A DNA stretch of 64,000 bases, taken from contig RHPI01001037.1 of NCBI GenBank assembly GCA_009103225.1, forward strand, positions 496,001 to 560,000, in the 5' to 3' direction. Shown here in pieces: positions 1-11,713 of the stretch (its first letter is position 1; every line of letters starts with the position of its first letter). The translations under genes were made by a program, and so were the position numbers. The notes beneath the pieces were generated by a model, which did not search any database, was not told the origin of the DNA, and saw nothing but the letters and a program-made list of their open reading frames with translations. The DNA comes from Chlorokybus atmophyticus (taxonomy: Eukaryota; Plantae; Mesostigma and Chlorokybus algae).

Positions 1-2
1 AG

Positions 3-2271
3 TCAGTCCTTAGAATCACCGACCTTGATTTCAATCTTCTGCACATCTGCGTGTTTTGACATGAGTGGCACCTTCTCCACATCCTTGTCTTGGTCCAGAT
101 CCCTCCCAGGCTCAACAGGAGACTGTCGTTTCGGGCTTTGCTGGTAGAATGTACTGGCCAGAATGCACGCCACAAGGCCAAACAGGCCAGCTGGGTTTGG
201 CACCTCGTTGGATAAGGACAGCGCCGCGATCAGCACCGTTGCCATCTGCATACCAGGCAACACCACATAAACTATGGCTGGCAAAGCCAGACAGTCCCAT
301 GTTATGTCTGTATGTTGCTCCCCACATACACACACCTTGCAAACAATGCCGACAACAGTGAATGTGGTGGCAGAGACAAGTGCCCGTAACGAGAATGCCG
401 ACCAGGAGAGCCCGGCGCCGCAGATGCACGACGCCAGCACTACCACAATGGCCTTCATGCTGTACACCTTGGTGCTGGCAACACCTACTGTCGTATACTC
501 ACCGCCTATCAGGAACAGACACAGCAGGATCGGCAGCGCCAGTGTGTTCTGCAGTTGAGTTGTCACCTGTTTACGCGCAGCACAAACAGCGTCGACAAGG
601 CTGCTGAAGCAATTAACAGTCTTTTCAAACCTGGTAGAGCACTCGACCCCAAGCGTGCATTGGGACAGTGTCCACCACGTGCTTGATGTACACCATGTCA
701 AGGGCAAATGTGGCATACCTGCACACAGTGACAGACACTGAGACAAATGACACAGCAAATACTTCGTGTAGCACACAGTACACACGCCATGGCAGCTGGG
801 ACAAAACAGCTAGACAGCAGGGTGACTGCATGTTCAGTGTGGTTGTTGATTGGAACTCACCATAAGCAAGCCCACCCAATAGCCACCATAGGTACTCCAC
901 CCTCTTTTGACACAACATACGCAAGCGCACCTGCTCATGGGTTCAATAATTACGACTCTTGTTTGGAAGGTCAGGTTGCTTACACCAGAAAGGCGGAAGC
1001 CCACGTGTCTGCTCTGCACCTACGAGGATGGCGACCAGGGAGGCCCATGAGCGCTTTGAAGGGAGTTCGCGGCCAAGGAAAATGGAGTCGAGGAAGGCAA
1101 TGAGGAGCGGCGTGGAGCAGCGCAGGATGATGAACATGTTCACGCTGCTGTTCTGTAGCGTCTTGATGTTTGTGAAGATAGTCGAGAGGAACACCACCGC
1201 CACTGGCCAGAACTTCCTAACCTGTTGACGTTGATCGTTTGTAACACGCCATGTTGGTGGCAATGTCTTGCAGGCATTGTCTTGCCCACATGCCGCTCTT
1301 GACATGCTTGGGCTGACTGCCGCACACGCGTGACTTATCATTGCACCTTGCGCACACTTGCACACGCACAGGCACACATATGCATGCACACACGTACACG
1401 TGCATGTACACACCTACACAGATATGCCCCACACACATGCATGTAAGTGAGCACGCACACGCACACAGGTGCACCAACGTGACTGATGTTCATCAAAGCT
1501 TGCGTGTTCGCACACCACTTGCGCGGACATACCTCTTGTCAGTGCAGTCTGTGTACAAAGCTGCTAGGATGCTCCACAAACGCAGTGGAACCCATTGTTC
1601 AAGCCACAGTTAAACACCACGAAAAGGCCACACAACTTGCCTTTTGCCAGTCGAAGGCGTCGACCTCAACGGCCCCAATCTTGCCAAGGCAGAAGGCGAG
1701 GAACGCGGAGGCGGCCAGCTGCAGGAAGAGGAGAGCCGCCGGGGCCGGTATGAACGTCACCGCCCCCTTGTTCAGCACCAGCATCACACTGTGGTGTGTT
1801 GCATTGCGGTGTGGGTGTGTTTCTTGGTGAGCTTGCATGAGTCAGATGTGGTTAAATGTGTGTATGCCACAGCAGACCCCCGACTACAGCACTGCCGTAA
1901 GGCTACCAACTTCAGTGGCCGTTATTCAGCCGTGGTCATTTTCATTATGTGTGATTGCCACCAACGTGCTCTACTTGCCATGGTGCACAGCTGTCAGTCG
2001 CAGTGATGTCGCCTTAACCTCCACAACAAGCAGCGCAACTTGGTGGGACACTGCTACTGTCATAGTTGGCCGCCAATGGTGTAGCTGTAACATTTGCCGA
2101 CAGCAGCCGTTGTTGTCGGCAACTGTTACATTTGCAGCATGTCCAAGGTTGCACTCTTTCCTGTTAATACCTGGACGACAGCGCGTAGAGGCTCATGGCG
2201 GCGATGAGCGTGGTGCGGTTGGGCTCAGAGGCAGCCACCGCCGCAGGCGGCCCCGCCCCGCCTTGCACCAT
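3..2271 (-). CDS. GFT1: Golgi nucleotide-sugar transporter, GDP-fucose/GDP-mannose type (GONST3/GONST4-GFT1-like), multi-exon
   Basis: ATG at 2271 (MVQGGAGPPAAVAASEPNRTTLIAAMSLYALSS). Spliced exons give SVMLVLNKGAVTFIPAPAALLFLQ, RKFWPVAVVFLSTIFTNIKTLQNSSVNMFIILRCSTPLLIAFLDSIFLGRELPS, DMVYIKHVVDTVPM, SATTFTVVGIVCK and YQQS, which match recalled plant GONST3/GFT1 motifs. Stop TGA at 3-5. Confidence 0.85.
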
Positions 2272-3606
2272 GCTTGCTGGCAGGCTGAGAATGAACCTCC
2301 GTGTGGCTCCTCCTACCGGTGCTCTGTACCTCACACTGTGCGTGTTGTGTCTGCAATGCTTGCCCCTCCTTCAGGATAACAGCTTGAATGCTGAGCTCCC
2401 TGCCCACCTTAACCTTATTGCCGCCCACCTCACCCACTGTCCCACACCCCCGCAGGCAGGCCTGTGCGCAAAGCGCTACAGGAGGATTGTTGCTGTGTTG
2501 CTGTTTGTTGGCGCACAGGACGCCCTCGCTGTTGCGATGGTCATCTGCCCGCGTTATACCGTTGCACTCTGATTCAGTACATGGAGGCTCCACGCTGTGA
2601 GTGCGGAACTTATGCCGCCGTTCTACTTCGTGGCCCCACCAGCTGACATCTTCGTGCGCGCCGATATACATTGCAGACGGTGATGATATCAATGACGCGT
2701 TCTGTAAAGGTGACGCACCCCTCAGTCACCAAGTCTCGGTCTTATCGAGTTAGGTTATGCTTCAACCCATATGAGCGTGGACTTTTATCCATGATTTCTC
2801 CTCTTGCAGATCACACTGCATTGACTTGCATGGTCACGTATTGTAGTTAATGTGGCGACTTCGTGCAACTTTGTTGATTCAACTGCATAGCTAGCCTTTC
2901 AAGATCAGTGATAGGTATAGTATAAAAGACGTAGTCTTTCTTCGGTTTAGCCCAAGAGCGATTGCTCAGGCTTCCCCCTGCAATACATTAAGTTGTCTAA
3001 CTTGTGTTTGCTTGTATTTGTATTGCACACGTGTGCACACGTGTGCACACGTTTGTATGCATGTCTTCATACATGTCTTCATACATGATTGTGAGTATGT
3101 CATGCCTGGACATGTCCAGTAGACGATCTGGATCTAACGAGGTCAGATCCAACGGCCTCTGACTATTCCTTGCCGCCCAGCCAATCGGATGCTGGACATT
3201 TCGGCATGCGCGGCGGTCCCGCGCGTTTGACGGTCTCAAGTTGAGACCGTCACGGCCTCAATTTGAGACTCTCAAACCGGACATTGTAAGTGTTTGAGGG
3301 TATTCTCACTCTCGATTTTCATGGCTCTTATCCTTACTACCATACCATAGAGGGTGGGTCCACAGGGTTTCTGTGGACGGCCCCTCGCTTCCTTCAGCGT
3401 TGAGCAACAATAAATGCCGGCGTACAAAGGCGGAATGATATGCTTGTAGCCGGATTGGCGGGTGCTTGCAGCATGCTGCAGCTTGCTGCCCATGGCAAAA
3501 GCGTCAGCTGAAGGCAGTGCCGGCGGAGCAGCGGAGTAGTAAGGTACTTACTTGGTAGCAAGTTTTTCTCTCGAGCAGGCTGTTGGATGAGGAGCGTCGG
3601 CTGTCA

Positions 3607-6600
3607 ATGTCGGGCAGCCAAGATGGCGACTCTATGCGCATCCTTATTGCCACTGACAACCACTTGGGGTATATGGAGAGGGATGAGATCCGCAAGGACG
3701 ACTCGTTCATGGCATTTGAGGAGATATTTGAGCTTGCCGCCAAGCGCAAGGTTGCGATTGCTTGCTTCGGACTAAGTCTATACACTTATTTCTGTTTGTA
3801 AAGCTACTTGCTTCACCTGAAAGACAGATGTTGCATGCTCGAGTTTGAGTTTGTGCATGTGAGTGAGTTAGTCAGTTGGTAGGGAAACGTGCAATTTCCT
3901 ATACAGCATGCAAGCATTCTTCGCACAAACAGGTAGACTGCGTGCTGCTGGGTGGGGATTTGTTCCACGAAAACAAGCCGTCCAGGTCGACTCTGGTGCG
4001 GGCAATAGAAATACTGCGCCGCTACTGTCTGAACAATCAGCCAGTGCAGTTTCGGGTGCGTTACTGCATCTGCTGCAGAATGCACTGCATTGTGAAGCTA
4101 CTTGTAACAATGGCCTTATAGCGTTGTGGTTGCCACCCGTCCCATGCATGCAGGTGCTTTCTGACCAGACAGTAAATTTTGCCACAAAGTTTGCGTGTGT
4201 CAACTTCGAGGATCCCAACTTCAATGTGGGCCTGCCTGTGTTCAGCATACACGGCAACCATGACGACCCTTCCGGCACGGTGAGTAGGTGTCTGGCGACT
4301 GCTACCAATACATTGTTTGTCTCAACATGCATGTACGTTTGTCTCAACAGCGATGCCAGTGACGATATGCTCGCTTTCGTCGCTATGCCAGGATAATCTC
4401 TCAGCCATGGACATACTATCCGCATGCAACCTCGTAAACTACTTTGGCAAAACGGGTCTGAGCGGCAGTGGAGTGGGTGAAGTCAAAATCTACCCTGTGC
4501 TTTTGCAAAAGGTACAATCTGTGCGCTACTCATATTGGATTAGACACTGCTTGCATGATGAGGTGTTTGCTAACAACATCAAGCTTGCTGCGTGCTGCGC
4601 AGGGCACCACAAAAGTAGCGCTGTATGGACTTGGCAACATCCGCGATGAACGACTCAATCGCATGTTCCAGGTTCAATTCGTATTGTGTTGTTCAGGCTT
4701 CTTACTTGCAACCGCTGCATTGATACCAAGGTGTGGTTATTGTACCCATGCATGCAGACGCCTGGAGCGGTTAAATGGGTGCGTGCGGCATCGTCTAGTG
4801 GTAGCGACATGCGCGATTGGTTCAATATTTTCGTCTTGCACCAGAACAGGTACGGATGGAAGCGAACAGCTGCGGTTGCCGTATTGCATGTAGATGCCGT
4901 TGAGTGGGCCAAACCGGTGCATTCTTTGCGCTATGACAGGGTGCACCACTCTGCAAAAAATGCCATCAGCGAGCGCTTTTTGGCAAAGTTTATCGACTTT
5001 GTCATCTGGGGTCACGAGCATGAGTGCTTGGTCGAGCCACAGGTGTGCAACACAGTTGCTGGATTTTGTACACAGCCACGACACGAGTGGTGCGTCTGTT
5101 TGTTGGTCCTCAGTGTGAACAAGCGTGCGCAACATATGCATGAAAGAAACTGTTGGTTGGTATAGCAAGCAGCAGTTTGCAGGCCTTGTTGTGACTCCAC
5201 GACGATAGTATGCACATGCACACTGTACAACTTCCCGTGTGTGTCACTCTACCCTCTGTGATGCTGTGACCTTGCATGCTGTTGCAGGAGAGTGTAGAGT
5301 CTGGTTGCAGCTTCCACGTTACCCAACCAGGGTCGTCTGTGGCGACGTCGCTCATTGAGGGTGAAGCCAGGAAAAAGCATGTCCTTCTGCTTGAAGTGCT
5401 CGGAGACAAGTGGAGGACAGAGAAAGTTCCCCTAGAGTCCGTTCGCCCCTTTGAATACGAGCAGGTAAGTAGTTGTTTTGTAAGTTGACCTGCTTCACGC
5501 AGCAGCTGCTCGCTTGTCAGCACTTAAGCGCGTGACACAGAGCACTCACCTCAAAGGTCATGTTGCAATGACAGGTCTCTCTTGCAGCTCAGCCTGATCT
5601 TGATCCTAGAAAGCCGGAGACTGTGCAGGAGTTCTTGGATGATAAAGTCAATAATATGATAGCCCGAGCCACGGTGGTGCCTCCTTCCGGACAACACAAA
5701 GTGCTGCCGCTCGTGCGGCTGCGCGTGGATTATACGGGCTTTACAACCATAAACCCGCAGCGCTTTGGGCAGAAGTATGTTGGCAAGGCAAGTTCCCTTT
5801 AGTAGTAGCGATATTGTTTCTGTTGCATATGTGGCTGAAGCGTTGCAAGTCTGTTTACAGCACAAGCAGGAATATCGAACGCAGTTTGTGCATATGCAAT
5901 CATGCAACGTTGTGAATTTTAGGTCTCATGCGTACGTCATGCAGGTGGCCAATCCGCATGACATTCTGTTGTTCACAAAATCGGCGAGGATGCGCACAGC
6001 TGCTGCCAAAGGAGGCAGTGAAGTCGAGTACGAAGAGGGCATCAGACCAGAGGCGCTCGACCAAAGCAACATTGAGTACTTGATGCGGAATATACTTCAT
6101 GAACAGGAGCTTGAGATGTTTCAAGAGCAGGAACTAGCGCAAGCACTGCACACCTTTGTGGAAAAGGAGGAGAAGCAAGCACTGGCAGATGCCATCCGCG
6201 GCTCGCTTGATGCCGTGCAGGCAAGTGTTGTGCAATTATACGTTTACAAGATGGCAATCGGTGGTTGAGCACATGCACACAGTGTGCATCCAGGATGGTA
6301 GTTCTGTGGCCAATTGGCTGATCGGCTGATTGTTTGCTGCACCAGGCTTCTATAGCCGCCATTCCTCTGGATGATCATGAGAAAGACGAGGACCTCAACG
6401 CCTTGATCAGTCGCGCTGTTCAGGTGAGTGCACATCTACAAGCAAGGCCGTTGTTGGCGTGCCAAAGTACACCTCAATGGACCCTGCCAAACGTTTGGCC
6501 GTGCTGCAGGACCGGCGTGCAGCGAAGGAAGCTGATAGCGTGGTCAATAACGCCAGCCGCATTGTGGGGCTAAATGTGCTTGTCATGTGCTTGTCTTGCT

Positions 6601-8047
6601 GCGTTTGATTCTGAGCGCACGTGCTGAGTCATTTCTATGGAAGGGGTCTGCTGCCACTGCTAGTGCCCCCTCGCATGGGAGAACGCCAGCCGAAGGCAAA
6701 CCGCCAGCTGCAAGCGGTTTGAGAAGAGGTCGTGGACGACAGGTAAATATGCCTCTTTGCATGCGCAGTCCCATGCGTGGTATACTCATGGTATACACAT
6801 TCGTATTTCATGCATGCACTTATGGGCACGTGATGATTAAATGTACCACTGGCTGTCCTGTTGGCAGGCAACTCTTGCTCAGACATTTGCTGGGCGCGAT
6901 CGGTCTGCTGCATCCCGTCAGGTAAACGACAGTTGCGTTGCAGCCTAATGGGTGCATGTGTGCGCTGTCGTTGCCATCAAGTATTATGCCATGGGCTAGC
7001 AGCTTGATGACCTCTTGTGGTGTGTTGCATCCCCCCAGCCCGTTGACGGCATGGACCTTGACGACGGCCCTCCCGCTCCGGCTCCCAGAGGACAAGGCAG
7101 GGCTGCTGCAGGTGCGGTTTTACCATCAAGTCGTCCTAAACGGTGAGCAGGCACAAAGCAACCCTTGCGCGAACCCACCCTCTTGTCCTGGACCCCAACC
7201 CCAATTGATGATTGCGCCGGTCACATGTGCTAACAGGGCTGCTGCAACCAAGGCAACAGCTGTGACCGCGGCTATGCAGGACGATGAAGATGATATACAG
7301 GTGTCTGGTGACAGTGATGTTGGAGAACAGAGGCTAGCAGAGGAGGCGCAGGAACTCCAGGCATGTGTGCATCTACATATTAATCCTACATGGCATGCCG
7401 CCAGCTGACATGCGCAACGCTTCTTAACTACAGCCACTGTAAACCAGCTCACTTCGTAGTCCTTGCTCCAGGATGATGATGATGACGACCTACCGTCATC
7501 TCCAGAGCCAACACCAAGGGGCAGGGGCAGAGGTAGAGGCGGAAAGCGCGCTGCTGCGAGCACGACCGCTCCCAGGAAACGTGCAAAGCTCAGTATACGA
7601 CCGTCAGGTGTGGGGTGCAGGGCTGAAAGGGAATGGCAGTTTGCCCGTCTGACAGCCATTGCAAGTCACACAATTGTTCTATGACTTCGTGATGCAGCAG
7701 CGGTTTGAAGTAACACCACACAACATGGTAACAACACTCGCAGGTAACCGCGGTGCGGGTGAGCAAACTGCAAAACATGATGTATCAAGCGAAGAGGAAG
7801 AGGATGGTCGGAGGGCCCTCAATGCCAGATCGGGGCGATTTGAATCAATTGACGGGGGGCAGGATTCGGGGGCCCGCAGTTCACTGGTGGGTTTGTGGCT
7901 TGTCTGAAATTGCATAGCTCTGTCTCATGAAAACCGGCCGACTTCGGCGTGTTCAGCGTCCTTGTGCATGGTCAAGGCTTATGTCGTACTTGCTGCCTGT
8001 TGTGACAGGCCACACGAGGATGGGGAACGGTGCGCAAGACAAGGTGA
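3607..8047 (+). CDS. MRE11: Double-strand break repair nuclease MRE11, multi-exon
   Basis: Phosphoesterase motifs RILIATDNHLGY, LLGGDLFHENKPSR, VFSIHGNHDDP, VLHQNR and IWGHEHEC, followed by KYVGK-VANP. The tail is acidic and RG-rich. The probable last exon is ATRGWGTVRKTR* ending at 8047; 3' exon boundaries are approximate. Confidence 0.95.
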
Positions 8048-8683
8048 AGCTGACGTTAAATCAGCAATGCAACAAAGGAGCTACACTTCTCATGCGGTCG
8101 ATTCCCATTCTTGTAAGCAACAATACCATGCACGCTCTTGACTGATTGTTACAAGCAACTGACCATGAACACTGTGAAGAAGGCATGACACATGAGGGTT
8201 GCATCTTGTTGGCAACCCATCATAGGCGTGGGCTACTATGCAGTTATTATATCTCAACGTGCATGGTTATACAGCATCGTATTATTGCATTGTCAATGCA
8301 CTGGCTCAACAATACAAAACAATAATTATCCCCAATCCATGTGACAAGTCATTGATTGCATAGGCAAAGATCATGTTGCTCATGCATGCACAACGCTGCG
8401 GTGCATCTTTATAAACACAATTTGGTCTTTAACGGTGCATGAGTAAGCTTGGGGAGGATGAAAGCTATACACGATAGCAATGCATGCTTACAAAAAGGGA
8501 TCGTATGTGTAGCATAAGGTAAAATTATGAATGCAGCACAATTTTGCGCATTTATTGTATTTAACTTACAATTAAAGTATGCGTCATAGTACGCAAGTTC
8601 TGCGGTTCATAGCACATCACAACATTGCCTATCGCTGTAATGAATAATTTATACATTTGAGCTGCCCAGTACGGTTGATGCGC

Positions 8684-8893
8684 GACACACAAGCAAGAAA
8701 ATGCAAGAAAGAGCAATGTTGCACAGCAACAAAAAACACACACATGGCAATGCGTTAAGGCAGGGGAAGTGCCTGTCTAGTCTCTCTTTCTCGCAAGACA
8801 CACAAGCAAGAAATTGCAAGAAAGATCAATGTTGCACAGCAACAGAAAACACACACTCATGGCAATGCGTTAAGGCAGTGGCAGTGCCTATCT
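8684..8893. repeat. Imperfect tandem duplication, ~113-bp period
   Basis: gacacacaagcaagaaa...gcaatgttgcacagcaac...catggcaatgcgttaaggcag occurs at 8684 and again at 8797. Confidence 0.85.
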
Positions 8894-10632
8894 ATGCGCT
8901 TTATCTACGTGCATGCAATTGGCCGAGGGGAGCATGCATGCCAAGTTTTGGCAAGGGCAAGCAGACCCAAGGAATAGGCGCCTATATATGTGTACGAGGT
9001 ATAATCTTCATACATACCCGGCGACCATGCGGCGCACATCATTACATATAACCAATAACCTTATATCAGCAAGAGTAACTTGGTTTTACGCCATGTGGAT
9101 GTTAACTTCAACATTTCACATAGTGTGGATGTTTCACACATGATGTGTGGGATCACATTTACGCAACACATGATCAACAATGACTTATCCAATTTTTACG
9201 CTACAAATGCGGAAAAAACAACACATAAATATACCAAACAATATCATACTGTTTCGGACACAGTTTCCGTGCAATGCATTAGCCCGTAGCGCCGTCGCTA
9301 TACTCAACAATAACGCGGGCAAGCACCACTTGCTATCGTAGCAACAATGCCGCTCTAGCAGTGGCTCGCAGTGTGAGCCTCACATCATGCAAATAGCCCC
9401 ATAGCGACGTCGCTATGGCCAATTATTGAGCGAGCCGCTCTTTTAAGTAATTACCAAGCTGTCTATGGCTCATATTAATGGACATCATGCACATATTTAG
9501 TATTTTATTACATACATACTATGTATTGGCTAATTGTGAATGCTTGATGCAATTCGTGCAGAGATGCAGAGATCATAGTACACCATATTTACCCTATCTA
9601 AGCTCCCCCCTTTTTATACAGTTCCCACACTTGAGTAAGCAGGGGGGAACTTTATTTCGGGGGGNNNNNNNNNNNNNNNNNNNNNNNNNNNNNNNNNNNN
9701 NNNNNNNNNNNNNNNNNNNNNNNNNNNNNNNNNNNNNNNNNNNNNNNNNNNNNNNNNNNNNNNNNNNNNNNNNNNNNNNNNNNNNNNNNNNNNNNNNNNN
9801 NNNNNNNNNNNNNNNNNNNNNNNNNNNNNNNNNNNNNNNNNNNNNNNNNNNNNNNNNNNNNNNNNNNNNNNNNNNNNNNNNNNNNNNNNNNNNNNNNNNN
9901 NNNNNNNNNNNNNNNNNNNNNNNNNNNNNNGGGGGCGGCAATATTCCAGCAGGGGAGCTAAGTTGTGTAGTAGTAGACGGCTGCCGATATTGTCGGTAGT
10001 AACGTTTATATTGTGCTGTATTTAGTTACGACAGATAACGACGGGCGAGACAACAAAGTCCACATACATGCACCATCATCCTGTACATAAATGCTGATGT
10101 ATGATACATCTATTACAGTATTACAGTATTACACATTCACTCTTTTTGATTACACTATTATATATATATATACACTATACACTGTGTATACACCCGTACA
10201 TGCATTATGATATAGTACACATCATGTACCACCTCTGCTGCGCAAGTGATGATCACTACCCTTTGCCCTGCTCCGCACTGCCCTACCCTCCCTTCTACTG
10301 TTCAGTTTAGTGTCGTATTACGCAGCACTGCTCTGGGCCCCTTTTAGATTTGTGTTTATTTGTCTTGTTACTTGGGGTTGAATTGGCTTGGTGTGGCACA
10401 GCATATCACACTGCAATCAAGCTTTACATATATGTTTTAATTTTCCCTCCAAGGGGAACACAAAAAGGGGGGGGGGGGGGCTCTAACGTGCAAATACAGT
10501 TCCCCTATGTTTTAACGAGGGAGAACCGTATAAAGGGGAAACTCCAATGGGGTAAATCCGGTAGTCAGGTGTTCAAGTGACAATAGTCAGCGCCCATGCA
10601 CGCGCCTTTGCAAGCTTATCACATAGCAGATA

Positions 10633-10781
10633 CAGTCTACCCCCGTTAAGAGACTTCTTAAGTCGACTTTATGCTCTTGACGCCCAAGAGCATAATATGC
10701 TCTTGGACGTTAAGAGATTTACCCCGCCAAGAGCATAAGATAGCGAAGGATAAAGAGTACGCGCTGAAAGGGGGTAGACTG
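10633..10781. mobile_element. ~149-bp MITE, Tc1/mariner-like termini
   Basis: Perfect 12-bp terminal inverted repeats cagtctaccccc (10633-10644) and gggggtagactg (10770-10781). TA lies on the left flank; the right flank is TC. Internal inverted copies of ttatgctcttg/caagagcataa. Confidence 0.7.
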
Positions 10782-11713
10782 TCGCAAATTACACGTAAAC
10801 TATGCAGACAGCAAGTACGATCTGCGTTACTCCCATGAACGCGAGAAGGTCGCAGAAAGGTTTGCGGTTGGCACCTTTGTTCTCATCGGTGGACGCTCCC
10901 CTGGATGTTGTCAAACATGACAGTCAAATACAAAAATATCAAGCCCTACGTGCCCTACCTGTAGGCCTAGGCAAACCCTACCCAGCACAGAGTCTGTGGC
11001 ACAGACACGCATGCTGGTTAGCACGCCAGGCGACGGAAGCTAGCATGCTAGGACGATTCATGTGGCTGCATTCCATCTCACAATCTCTGAATCTCTCCAA
11101 CAAGGCTGTCGGGTAAGCACGCGCCACATGTCGCGCGTGCCTCTGGTACTGCCTTTCAATCTGCCGTCAATGCATGCTACAGGCTGAGGCCTATGCCAAG
11201 CCGAATGCTTGCTTACTTGCTTGCCTGCTGAGCCACTGGTAGGCTACCACAACAACGTGCAAAGCAGGAAAGGGCGTGTCTGAGCGGGCGTGCGGCGAGA
11301 GGCGTGACAGTTTGACATCCCATCACTGCCTTGTCGGACGGAGTAAGGGTGTTGGTCGTTTGCAGTCACTCAGCCTGGATGATCACAGCAGCTACGAGCT
11401 TTACTCGAGCAGATCGTCATTAGCTTGGGCTAGCCAAGGCTGCTTGCCATGCACGTCAAGCCAACATCCGCCTGCCGCTGCTCATCTGTGGAAAGTCGTG
11501 CTTGGAAGTGGGGCTAGTCGCAGGCTTTGGACTCAACAGATTGTCACTGTGTTTCGCTGAAGTTTTAGGCCAGGAAAGCCTCCATCATGGTACAATCTTA
11601 CACAACCTTGCTAAGTTTTTAGCCGATAGGGGTTGCTGCTTGCTTTACGCAATAACAAGTTTGCTGGGTTGCTGAGGCGGAGTGAGGGTTGGACGTCAGG
11701 CGCAAATGCTGCG

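Noticed and set aside
2579-2646. Short ORF MEAPRCECGTYAA resembling the start of a GRF zinc finger
   Set aside because: It stops after 21 codons, and the downstream GRxFY.C motif is absent in all frames.
2680-2740. Possible C/D box snoRNA (GTGATGA)
   Set aside because: No suitably placed CTGA D box or terminal stem.
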